Positions 30,754 to 40,262 of a stretch of DNA of 64,000 nucleotides are shown here, piece by piece. A program made the position numbers and the translations under genes. Origin of the DNA: a virus. Lineage: Duplodnaviria > Caudoviricetes. Below the pieces are notes generated by a model that was not told where the DNA came from, did no database searches, and saw nothing but the letters and a program-made list of their open reading frames with translations. Positions within the stretch are counted from its first letter, which is position 1. Each line of letters opens with the position of its first letter. The DNA is taken from the IMG/VR virus record IMGVR_UViG_3300029305_005387; one strand, 5' to 3'.

Positions 30754-31916
30754 TGCTAGCATATTTAAACAAGTTACCTAGTGACTATCGAGATCAATTA
30801 AACATTGACTTGATGAACAAAGCATTTGATAAACCTTTGGAGGAATATATTTACGATGCCTTTAAAGGTTTTGAAATTCTACCAAATATCAAGATTCTTG
30901 GATATGAATGGGTACCAGACGAAGACAAATATGATGCAAATGATCATATCATTAGAAGAAATTCTAATAAAAATAAGATCATTAAAAGCATCAGTGAAAC
31001 TCGTTGTGGTGTAATGTATGTGGACGTTGAAGTATCTGGATTAGATAAAAATGGTACTACAAAAGTCCATTATATCAAGAAACCTATTATCATTCCAATT
31101 GAAGACAAAGATGGTTATTATCTGATAAAAGGTAAGAAATGTTATTTGATATATCAGATGGTAGATAAAATGATGTATCCTTCTTTTGGTGCAGTTACAA
31201 TTAAATCATTAATGCCTATCTCAGTTAAAACATCAAAGGATGATTTTACTGATACTGATGGGAATGTATATACTATTCCAACGTATACAATTCAGATTTT
31301 CAAAAATGCTATCAATGTATTACTTATCTATAGTAATCTTACTATTACTAAGACATTGAATTTCTTAGAAGTAGATAGATTTATTCATATCGAACAGAAA
31401 TCTGATGATCTTCCAAAATCAAATAATATCATTAGATTTGATTGTGGTAAGAAGAGTGACATCATTGTTGCTGTTCGTAAAGATATATTTGATCAGGAAG
31501 TTTATGTAAAATCAATTGTTGGATGTTTAGTAAAACTCTTTGGAGAAACTAAGATTCCATATAAAGATATAGATGACTGGGAACAGTGGATGATGATTGT
31601 CGGAGGTAAAGGAACAGTTAGAAGAGGTATTTATCAACATATATTCTTCAATCGTTTACTCGATGAAGTAACTAGAAAAGAATTGAAGATTAATGATCAT
31701 GATAAACAAGATATTTATTACCTACTTCGCTGGATTCTCCAAAATTATCATACTTTGTGGGCCAAAGACAACCTCTCAATGATTAACAAGCGTTTACGTT
31801 GTAGAGAGTATATCGGTTCCTTTATAACTGCTGAGGTGTCTAAACGTATAAATCGTATTGTTTCATTAGGTGATAAAGCAACAATACGTGATATGCTGAA
31901 CGCCTTTCGCTTCCCT
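30753..31916 (+). CDS. Multisubunit RNA polymerase beta subunit, N-terminal half, exon 1
   Basis: IPIEDKDGYYLIKGKKCYLIYQ resembles beta IPLMT..GTFIING.ERV..SQ; NKRLR resembles NRRIR; ends FRFP at predicted 5' splice site. Confidence 0.8.
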
Positions 31917-32307
31917 AAAATTTTGGGGTTTTCCTTTTAATTGCGGGAACATCTTGTTAGACTAACACTACTAACTTATCATAGTGATATAGATAAGGGC
32001 AACCAGTAATGTGGAAGGTATAGTAAAAAGGTGTTAGGTAGAGAAAATCCGCAGCTAAGCATCTCTGAATAAGAGATGAAAGTTCAACGACTATCCCATT
32101 AGGATCTGAATAAGATCAACAGGAGTAGGGCTGTAAGCTAATGACAGTGGGTGAGAATCCCTTAAATCGAAATGGAGGAACTCAGTGATGTATAATCACT
32201 GGGAAGATATAGTCTCAACGTACTGCGAGAGCAGTAGAAGTTTAATTACGACTGTTAAAGGAGTAATAAGAACTGCACAGTGTTGCGAACTGTGTGAAGA
32301 TAAATTG
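31917..32307 (+). mobile_element. ORF-less group I intron (subgroup IA-like), about 391 nt
   Basis: P aattgcggga 31939; Q aatccgcagc 32046; R gttcaacgacta 32082; S aagatatagtc 32204; P1 ccct^aaaatttt-gggg with U.G pair; P9 tactgc-gaga-gcagta; terminal G 32307 restores frame. Confidence 0.9.
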
Positions 32308-32853
32308 GAAGATATTTTCATAACTAGATTATATTCTTCCGGGGTACTTAGATATGCAGAGAATGATTCTGATATGGATATGGGTATGAAATTGAAATAT
32401 ACCGCAAAAGGTCCGAACAGTATCGGCAATGCGGACAATAGAAGAATCCCAATTCGTCAACGAACATTGCATCCTAGTATGGTGGGCTGGATTGACATCG
32501 CAGACTCCTCATCTAGTGATCCTGGAAGATCTGGCTCATTGAGCCCATATAATGAAATGAAATCAATGTACTTTGATGAATCTCTTTATGAGAATGAAAT
32601 GCATTATAAAATTGCTAAAATTCTTGATGAATGTCCTCTAGATGATGATTATGAGGAATTTAGAATCATTTGTGATAGTGAAGAAGAATATAATAAAGTA
32701 TTAGATTCTTTATATCATTATGGAAATGATAAAATCAAAATCTTTGGAGTTACGAACAATCCAATGGAAATCATCATTGAGAAAGACCCTAGAGAAAATT
32801 ATAGACAGTTTAATGAAGATGCATTTTTATTGTCAAAGGAAGAGAATAAATAA
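32308..32853 (+). CDS. RNA polymerase beta subunit N-terminal half, exon 2 (spliced product about 569 aa)
   Basis: YTAKGPNSIG...RTLHPSMVGWIDIADSSSSDPG resembles beta LSALGPGGL...[23 protein letters not shown]. Confidence 0.8.
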   Translation, partial: EDIFITRLYSSGVLRYAENDSDMDMGMKLKYTAKGPNSIGNADNRRIPIRQRTLHPSMVGWIDIADSSSSDPGRSGSLSPYNEMKSMYFDESLYENEMHYKIAKILDECPLDDDYEEFRIICDSEEEYNKVLDSLYHYGNDKIKIFGVTNNPMEIIIEKDPRENYRQFNEDAFLLSKEENK

Positions 32854-32868
32854 CACGGAGGATATAGT

Positions 32869-33558
32869 ATGAAACAGATTGTGAGATATAGATTCATGAC
32901 TATTCCTAGTAAGCTAACAGGAGAGTTAAGAATTACAATAGATGAAAGATCTGCTGAGTATAATTCTCAGTTTGATGGAGGTCGTTCAACTAATATTGCG
33001 TTGTTTCCTATCATAGCAGTTGCAATAACACGACCTAACGAAATAGATGAGAAAGGAAATAAAATCAGAGCACCTTGGAATCCGAATGATTCAATTGGTA
33101 TGACTAAGTTTACATTTCCTATTTTCATCAACGAATTAAAAGCAATGATGAGAGATATGAAGATTCCTGAACTGTATACATATCAAGGGAATCGTTTAGA
33201 ACTAAATACAAAGATTAGTGAAAAATATCGTCATGTATTTATGCTCGGTAATACAGCGATTGAATTTAGTCCGGTAGTAATCACTCAACCTGATGAAACA
33301 AAAGTAGAAGGTGTTAAACTGAAATTCAATAGAGAAGAATCTTCAGTTTTATTAACATTAAATGAATTGGAAGCTTTGTTATATAATCTCAATTCATTGA
33401 ATGTTGATTTACTATCTCTTCAATTGTATAAGACTTACATTACAAAAGTTTCTTACAGTGAAGGACGAGCTTATAGAAATCCTAATCCAGATAAATTGGT
33501 AGATGTTCCAAATAACAATCATCCTAAAGAAATGGATTTTCAAGAATTTGTAGATTAA
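32869..33558 (+). CDS. Hypothetical protein (co-transcribed with the RNAP subunit)
   Basis: 229-aa ORF; RBS ggagg. Confidence 0.6.
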   Translation: MKQIVRYRFMTIPSKLTGELRITIDERSAEYNSQFDGGRSTNIALFPIIAVAITRPNEIDEKGNKIRAPWNPNDSIGMTKFTFPIFINELKAMMRDMKIPELYTYQGNRLELNTKISEKYRHVFMLGNTAIEFSPVVITQPDETKVEGVKLKFNREESSVLLTLNELEALLYNLNSLNVDLLSLQLYKTYITKVSYSEGRAYRNPNPDKLVDVPNNNHPKEMDFQEFVD

Positions 33559-33569
33559 TAAAGATATAA

Positions 33570-33601
33570 GATTTAGGAGGATCAATTGATCCTCCTAAAT
33601 C
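33570..33601. terminator. Perfect 32-bp palindrome
   Basis: gatttaggaggatcaa|ttgatcctcctaaatc. Confidence 0.75.
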
Positions 33602-33648
33602 GTTTTATTATGAAAATAAAGTAGGATTAAATAACTACTATGAAATTA

Positions 33649-33656
33649 TATATTAT
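33649..33656 (+). promoter_or_regulatory. TATATTAT early-promoter-like motif
   Basis: About 50 nt upstream of ORF 33702. Confidence 0.55.
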
Positions 33657-33701
33657 CTCTATAATAAAACATATCTAACAAATAAAAATGGAGGTAAAGA
33701 G

Positions 33702-34598
33702 ATGATTGGAGTTATTCCTAGTGGAAATAAAACATATGAAATACTCGGAAGTTTTGAATCAGAAAAATTAGTCGAAGGTAAATTGTATTATAGACCCAAA
33801 GACAATCGATTGTATTATTATTCAAAGATCGAAACTAGATCAAATCCAAATACTGGATATTTTCCTGTATGGAACGGTAGCAGAGTATTTGAATCAAATT
33901 TCTCAAATCGTAAATATTTCGATAAAGACACAATAATCACTGATGTAAATAATTTAGCAATATCAATCAACAATTCAGTTGCCAAAAATATTATTTATAA
34001 TCAAAGAAAAAGTACAAATGGTTCATTATTGAAACCAGAGATCAAAGATGAAGATAATATGTTTACTCAATGCATTAAAAGCGTAATATGTGCAATGGAT
34101 ATCACAATGGTAGATCTGTTTGATATGTGTGCTCCTAAACTTAGTGAGAAAGTAATTGAGAATTATTATTCTGCGTTAACAAAGATTTCTTTTATGAGAC
34201 TTGATAGATGGAATATATGGCTCAATACTATTCTACATATGTCATATGTTTTAGAAGTCTATAATGGTGATAGAAAACTATTGACATATTCATATCCATC
34301 AGATACATTCGATACTGGAATTGTTAAGTATGACAACATCATTCAAACAGCTGATGATCCATATAAGAAAATTGTTAAAGTATTAATGGTGATGGAAAAT
34401 ATTACAAAGTCTACATTAAAGACTGATGAAATTGATGATTATACCATCAATAACATGATGACTACATTGGGTAGTAAGAAACCATTATCAGCACAATTAT
34501 TTAGTAGATTCATTCGTATGGCTAATCTTGCATATACAATCACCATATATGACAAAGATAAAGTCATGTTTGAATATAAAGAACAGGGAGGAAATTAA
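33702..34598 (+). CDS. Hypothetical protein with tandem duplicated helical (possibly HTH/Cro-like) domain
   Basis: EDNMFTQCIKSVI..MDIT..DL...YVLEVYN aligns with DDPYKKIVKVLM..ENIT..TL...YTITIYD. Confidence 0.5.
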   Translation: MIGVIPSGNKTYEILGSFESEKLVEGKLYYRPKDNRLYYYSKIETRSNPNTGYFPVWNGSRVFESNFSNRKYFDKDTIITDVNNLAISINNSVAKNIIYNQRKSTNGSLLKPEIKDEDNMFTQCIKSVICAMDITMVDLFDMCAPKLSEKVIENYYSALTKISFMRLDRWNIWLNTILHMSYVLEVYNGDRKLLTYSYPSDTFDTGIVKYDNIIQTADDPYKKIVKVLMVMENITKSTLKTDEIDDYTINNMMTTLGSKKPLSAQLFSRFIRMANLAYTITIYDKDKVMFEYKEQGGN

Positions 34599-34600
34599 AC

Positions 34601-34864
34601 ATGAAGAAATTAGGAAAGAAAGTATTATTAACAGGAGCAGTGTTAGCAGTAAGTGGTCTAGTGATGACTGGATGTAATAAACAGATTATCGATACTACAT
34701 TCAATTATGACTATGCGTATATCTCTATGCCGAATGGAGAAGTTGTAGAAGGAGAAATTGAGTCATGGAAAGATTTTGAAGACGGTGATCAGATCCAGGT
34801 AAAGATCGATGGAGATATGTATCTAGTACATTCTTCAAATATTATCATGATTGATAAAGATTAA
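34601..34864 (+). CDS. Lipoprotein
   Basis: Basic N-terminus, hydrophobic stretch, lipobox VMTG-C. Confidence 0.75.
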   Translation: MKKLGKKVLLTGAVLAVSGLVMTGCNKQIIDTTFNYDYAYISMPNGEVVEGEIESWKDFEDGDQIQVKIDGDMYLVHSSNIIMIDKD

Positions 34865-34887
34865 AAAAAGAAAGGTAGGTAAAATAT

Positions 34888-35391
34888 ATGAAGTATTACG
34901 ATAAAGCAGGTAAAATTCATAATTCATTAGCAGGAGCAGCATTCAGTAATTTTCGAATCAAAGTAGACAAGACCATGAAGGATAAAATTCCTGGATATGG
35001 TTTAATGAAAGAGGCAAAGAAATATAATAACGAAAATATTGAAGACGATGTTATTGATGCTGAATTTGTAGAAGACAATACAGATGATTTGGAAGATAAT
35101 AATGTTGTTACAAACGTGACAGATGTAGAAATTGATTATGAAAATGGAAATCTTGTTTCTGTTGACGGTGATGGAAATGTAGTTGCAGAAGATCCTATTC
35201 CGGAGAATCTCCAGAGACAAACATGTACAGATCTTTTCATGGATGAAAGAGATCCTAATCCACGTAAAATTTATACAGTTCCTTACGAATATAGATGTCG
35301 CTGTGGACTGAAGAAATCTCCATATGTATTGGACGAGACTTGTAACATTTGCGGAACAAAGATTGATATTCAAAAAGAAATCACTGAATAA
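34888..35391 (+). CDS. Acidic hypothetical protein with C-terminal zinc ribbon
   Basis: CRCG...CNICG. Confidence 0.55.
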   Translation: MKYYDKAGKIHNSLAGAAFSNFRIKVDKTMKDKIPGYGLMKEAKKYNNENIEDDVIDAEFVEDNTDDLEDNNVVTNVTDVEIDYENGNLVSVDGDGNVVAEDPIPENLQRQTCTDLFMDERDPNPRKIYTVPYEYRCRCGLKKSPYVLDETCNICGTKIDIQKEITE

Positions 35392-35405
35392 AAAATATCT
35401 TAAAA

Positions 35406-35432
35406 GAAAGGAGGGAATTCATCCCTCCTTTC
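35406..35432. terminator. Terminator between convergent genes
   Basis: gaaaggaggga-attca-tccctcctttc. Confidence 0.65.
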
Positions 35433-35475
35433 CTTTTCCTCATATTTTCTTAATGATAATTATTTTTAATGATAA

Positions 35476-36315
35476 TTATTTTTTATCTTTGTCATCCGCT
35501 TTAACAGCTTCAAGACCTTCCAATTCAGAAGGAATCTTCTTGTCAACTACGATCATATAGCACTGACGAGCATCCTTCCAGCCGAAATGAGTGATGAACA
35601 TATCTTTTACACTCTGTGTAGTTTTAATGTAGAGAATCTTATATTCTCCAAGTTCATCTTTGAACTTCTCATTAGCATCGTCAACTAATTTAGAAATATT
35701 ACCTTCTTCAGTATCACAGATACCGATAACCTGCCATAATCTTGCCTGAAGAGCTCTAACTGCTGCAGGAGAGAAGATCAATGATTCGACACCAATAGGC
35801 ATAGTAATTGCACCAACAATCAATCTAGACCAAATCTTAGACTCTCTAAAAGGAATATCATTATTCTTCATGAATTTCTTGAAATCATCTTTGATCTTTT
35901 CAACAATATCTTTGATGTCTTTTTTGTCAGATTTATCAACTCTCTCAAACATAGGTCCACTGATAATAGAGTTGTAAATAGCTTCAGCTACAGCTGCTTC
36001 AGTGAATTCTTCCTGATCCTGTTCAGTTGTAGATTCAACAATTGTACAGCTCTGAAGAATACCTAAAAGTTCATAAGACTCTTTAAAGCTCTTCTGAAGA
36101 TCTGCAATTGCAGAATTGTATGCTTCTTTAGTAATAGTGGAACCTGCAGGAATAGAAGGACCAAATTCACCACCCTCAGGTTTTGCAGTAGGTTTTTCTG
36201 TGAGACCACCAGGTACAGATGGACCCATATTTTCTACACTTTCGTTCAATTGCATATTAAGAATGTCATCATCTTTCGCATTCTCAAAAATGCCTAAATT
36301 AAATAAACCATTCAT
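35476..36315 (-). CDS. Probable internal head protein with long acidic propeptide
   Basis: IFEN, LNES, FKES, IVES, FTEA, VAEA motifs in N-terminal half; AACA-N6-TA motif upstream. Confidence 0.5.
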   Translation of the reverse strand: MNGLFNLGIFENAKDDDILNMQLNESVENMGPSVPGGLTEKPTAKPEGGEFGPSIPAGSTITKEAYNSAIADLQKSFKESYELLGILQSCTIVESTTEQDQEEFTEAAVAEAIYNSIISGPMFERVDKSDKKDIKDIVEKIKDDFKKFMKNNDIPFRESKIWSRLIVGAITMPIGVESLIFSPAAVRALQARLWQVIGICDTEEGNISKLVDDANEKFKDELGEYKILYIKTTQSVKDMFITHFGWKDARQCYMIVVDKKIPSELEGLEAVKADDKDKK

Positions 36316-36360
36316 ATTAACGTCTCCTTTACTTTAATAAATTTAATTGTTAGTCTAAGT

Positions 36361-36372
36361 TAACGACATGTT
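36361..36372 (-). promoter_or_regulatory. AACA-N6-TA late-promoter-like motif (AR9 type)
   Basis: AACATGTCGTTA on minus strand upstream of ORF ending 36315; similar at 44486-44497 and 54510-54521. Confidence 0.4.
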
Positions 36373-36379
36373 CTATTAT

Positions 36380-37921
36380 TTATCGTTCTGTAAACCCATA
36401 ATCTGTAGCAACAAATTCACCATTTTTTCTGATACCAATATTACCCCAATGGATATCAGTTAGTGATATCTTTAATCCTGCGTTAATTCTTGCATCATGA
36501 ATATCATCTAATAATTTATCATATTTCTTTTGGTGGCTAGAATCATGGCGATCTACAGTATCAGTATCTACCAATTCCATAGATATAACGCATTTATTTT
36601 TAGAAATGTTTTCAACTCTTGTCAACAAATGATCAGAATTATTCTTTTTGAATGCGTCAAATACCATTGCTTCAGCATTATTAGATCTAACACCATATTG
36701 AGATAATGCAACTTTAATAGCTACTGGTTCATTTAATGGGAATAACGCTAATCTTGTTTGACCCATTTTAGGTCTTCGTTGATCTGCATTTCCTCTCATA
36801 CGTTTACTACAAATTGCAAATGTATTCCAAGCAATATATTTTGGAGGAACATTTCCAGTTATACAACCTTCGACGAATTTAGATAAATCTTCATTATTGT
36901 CAATCATCTCTGCATACTTAGCATCTATCTCATAAATATGATTCATACATGTGGTGATAGCGTTAATACCGAATTGAAATCTCCAAGATACATCAGCAAT
37001 GAAATTTAGAGCTTCACGAACAATAACACTGTTTTCACCAGGAATGATACTAGGATCATCATAGAAAGATAATGCCTTATGAATATCTTGAATAACTTTA
37101 TTTACTTCTTCAATATTCTTTATATCTGCAACGAATTTGTTAGGTACAGAAGCACCAGTATTCCAATATTGTTTAAATTTATTCACTTTATTGACAAATT
37201 GAGTTTCATTAAAAATACCACCTTCATATTCTTTAGCATTTAATGAAGAGATAATATCTTTAAGTAGATTTAGTTTATCAGGATTGATAATCATATCAAA
37301 AGTGAATACAATAGCATTCCAAGAATTATTTAACGGAGCATGTCCAGGTACAGCATTTCTACCTCGGTTAACCATATTGGAATCTTGAACATAATTTACT
37401 CGAAATAAAAAAGAACTTCCATCTATTTTACATTGTAAATCTTTATATGCTAATGTGATATTTTCTGTATGATCCGTTTTATCATCACCAACAATTGGAT
37501 TGAATGGAATACTGATAGATTTTTGTTCACTTACACTTTTATTAGATTCCAAAGATTTATCATTTGCTGATATTAATGTCTTTTGTGATTTTATACTTTG
37601 ATTATTAGATGGAGATTTAAATACTTCATCAACAATTGCATCTACACTTTGAGTTTTTCGTTTAAATAAATTTTTAACCCAATTAGTGAAACGATTCCAC
37701 TGTTTTGCAATCCAAGTAAATATCTTTTTAATTGTCTCCATAATACGAGTTATAAGATTTTTCTTTGTAACTGGTTTGGAAGTAGCCTCTGATAAAACTT
37801 CTTCCATATATGATGTTCCATCTTCAAAATAATTAATGAAAACATCTTCCTTTAAAATGTTTTAACATTTTAAAGGATTAAAATCAAATTTTTCATTGAT
37901 TACTAAGTCAATATTATTCAT
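36380..37921 (-). CDS. Head-protein-leader + minimal Ser/Thr-type kinase (kinase A); leader interrupted by in-frame TAA at 37862-37864
   Basis: GQTR..VAIK..NNAE..ISMELV..DIHWGN..TDYG; in-frame ATG at 37921 with aaggagg RBS; leader aligns to kinase B. Confidence 0.75.
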
Positions 37922-37940
37922 TTTATCCTCCTTAAAATAT

Positions 37941-37975
37941 AAAAATAAAGGGATCTAAACAATCCCTTTATTTTT
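37941..37975 (-). terminator. Terminator downstream of the phosphatase
   Basis: aaaaataaagggat-N7-atccctttattttt. Confidence 0.65.
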
Positions 37976-38706
37976 TATGAATAGAATACTTCCATGTCAT
38001 CTAGACGAATACATGACAATCTACCACCATAATTAGGATAAGCTGCTCCACAATCAATTCCAATAATGTCGTTATCTTCATAGATTTCCATTGGAGAAAC
38101 TTTATTTTCATCCTGATGCAAATGGATTGTTGGTGTGTGACCAAATATAAACTTAACCTTTCCTTGTCCTGAATCTGCTAAATAATGTACTGCTTCACGA
38201 TCCCATACGCAGAAGAATGCTTTTGATTCTTTCAAATCGTCTCCAAGTGTTTTCTTGAATTCATTATAAATGATCTCTGGTGCCGCATGACATAAAACAA
38301 ATTTTTTATCTCCAGCTTCAGTAATGATGTTCAAAGGAAGTTTAAGTAGATAATTGATGATTTTAATCTGTTCGTCTTTATTCAGTTTTAACAACGATTT
38401 GTGAGTAATACCTCCTCCATTATGATACCATAGATCACGATCTTCTTTCAGGTTTATAACCTGATCTTTTTCGTATGGAAATCCTAATGAAGACAGCATC
38501 ATGTATTCGTGGTTACCCAAAATCATTTTTGCGTTTGGCATATTCATAATTCTTTGAAGAATATTAATGCCATATTTACCTCTGTCAACTACATCCCCAA
38601 GAATAAATAATTCATCTTCGTCAGAAAAGTTAATCTTCTTGAGAATAGAATTGAACGCCTCTAAGTTACCGTGGATATCTGATAAAACATATTTCATTTT
38701 ACACAT
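37975..38706 (-). CDS. PPP-family (lambda-phosphatase/PrpA-like) Ser/Thr protein phosphatase
   Basis: SDIHG; GDVVDRG; GNHE; W..NGG; HA; FGHTP; IDCGA; likely start at ATG 38697. Confidence 0.88.
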   Translation of the reverse strand: MCKMKYVLSDIHGNLEAFNSILKKINFSDEDELFILGDVVDRGKYGINILQRIMNMPNAKMILGNHEYMMLSSLGFPYEKDQVINLKEDRDLWYHNGGGITHKSLLKLNKDEQIKIINYLLKLPLNIITEAGDKKFVLCHAAPEIIYNEFKKTLGDDLKESKAFFCVWDREAVHYLADSGQGKVKFIFGHTPTIHLHQDENKVSPMEIYEDNDIIGIDCGAAYPNYGGRLSCIRLDDMEVFYS

Positions 38707-38731
38707 CTCCTTTTCTTATTATTCTATATTA

Positions 38732-38739
38732 ATAATATA
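38732..38739 (-). promoter_or_regulatory. TATATTAT early-promoter-like motif for the phosphatase
   Basis: Part of a 29-bp sequence (38712-38740) identical to 61253-61281. Confidence 0.65.
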
Positions 38740-38770
38740 TCTTTCTTAAGAAAAGAGATGCGTTAATCAA

Positions 38771-40246
38771 TTATTTGCTAATTGCTTTAAGAGAAGTTCT
38801 ATGAGTAAAACCATAATCCAGTGCAACTATTTTACCATTCTTTTTACCAACATTGAAAACGTGTAAATCTGTAATAAGGAATGGAATATTATGATCTGAA
38901 ATTAATTGTTGCATTTCTGTTTTCAATTTTGAAATATCGTCCTGTTTCACTTTCAGAGGATGGATAATCTCAACTCGTTCAGAATCAATTATTACATGAT
39001 CATTATAATCTTTATTACAAACTGCAATTAAATGGTCTCCATTATATTTCTTATACGCATCAGATATCTGATGTTCTGAGAAATTACTTCTAATTCCCCA
39101 ACCGGATAATGCAATCTTATGAACAATTGATTTATCTTCAGGGAAGAAAGTAACTCTAGACTGACCCCAGCAAGGTTTATTAGCTTCAGAATCGGTTCCT
39201 CGAATTTTCTTAGAACTAATCAGATATGTGTTATATGAAACATATTTTGAAGGAATACCATTATCAATCATTTTCTTTACAAATTTTGATAATGTTTCAA
39301 CAGAATCAATACTTCCATAATATGATCCATCGATTAAAGCAACTTCCTTCAAAGAACTAGTAATAGCATTCATACACATCTGCATAGCGGCCAATATACC
39401 TGATATTGCATTTAATGTAAGAATAATAAAACTGACATCTCTATCTTCTTTAAATGAAGAGAAAGGATCATCAATCTTTCTAATTATTTGATCTGCTTCA
39501 TTTAAACTTTTCTGAAATGTAATTAATTGATCAATTGTGTATTCAAATGTTTTATTCATTTGATCAAATTTCATTTGTTTATCTGAATACTCTTTAGTAA
39601 ACTTATTACATTTATCCTGTAATTCCTTTGTAATAACATCTGCGTTTACTATCTCATTTAACAGATCTTTGATTTTGTCAAATTCTGCAGGATTTTGAAT
39701 ATATTCCATACATGATAAAAATGGACCCATTGTCATTGGCGTATCCTTATGACCTTTAATTTTACCATGCATTTTATATCCCATTTTCACTGCATTCCAT
39801 ATAAAGTTAAATTTGATCTTTTTATTATCCATAAATTCAACTAGTACTGGTTTACATACTAATTCAATCTCTTCATCAATTTTAACTTCAGAATTATCAT
39901 GTGATGGAATTTTAATTCTCATATTGTTAGCGAAATTTTTATCAACTTCATGTCGAGGAATATTCATTTCTATTGCTAACTGGTCTACTGTCTTCATATT
40001 CTGTCTGAGAATTTTTGTCTTACAGAAGTTAATAAATTTTGTCCATTGTAATGATAGCCAACCAAAAAGTTTTTTGATTAATTCCCATAAACGTTTGAAG
40101 ATATTTTTCTTAGATACAGCTTGTGATGCTTCTGTAATCACATTTTCTAAGAATTGTACACCTTCAGAAAATGAACAAAAATCTTCACGTATCATATCTA
40201 ATGGATCACAGTTAAATGATTCCATAATAAATGCATTTTCGTACAT
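38771..40246 (-). CDS. Head-protein-leader + minimal Ser/Thr-type kinase (kinase B)
   Basis: GQSR..IVHK..NFSE..DLHVFN..LDYG; leader IMES...ITEA followed by amphipathic KNIFKRLWELIKKLFGWL. Confidence 0.78.
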   Translation of the reverse strand: MYENAFIMESFNCDPLDMIREDFCSFSEGVQFLENVITEASQAVSKKNIFKRLWELIKKLFGWLSLQWTKFINFCKTKILRQNMKTVDQLAIEMNIPRHEVDKNFANNMRIKIPSHDNSEVKIDEEIELVCKPVLVEFMDNKKIKFNFIWNAVKMGYKMHGKIKGHKDTPMTMGPFLSCMEYIQNPAEFDKIKDLLNEIVNADVITKELQDKCNKFTKEYSDKQMKFDQMNKTFEYTIDQLITFQKSLNEADQIIRKIDDPFSSFKEDRDVSFIILTLNAISGILAAMQMCMNAITSSLKEVALIDGSYYGSIDSVETLSKFVKKMIDNGIPSKYVSYNTYLISSKKIRGTDSEANKPCWGQSRVTFFPEDKSIVHKIALSGWGIRSNFSEHQISDAYKKYNGDHLIAVCNKDYNDHVIIDSERVEIIHPLKVKQDDISKLKTEMQQLISDHNIPFLITDLHVFNVGKKNGKIVALDYGFTHRTSLKAISK

Positions 40247-40262
40247 TTCATTTCCACTCCTT

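Noticed and set aside
32185-32307. ORF-track start at 32185 for a separate 222-aa protein, and the KILGFSF tail of ORF 30753-31940
   Set aside because: Both lie inside the group I intron; they are read-through artefacts of unspliced sequence
37862-37864. Stop-codon reassignment or programmed readthrough as the explanation for the in-frame TAA
   Set aside because: TAA ends most genes here, and TAG and TGA also act as stops; the TAA is part of a 9-nt insertion absent from the paralog
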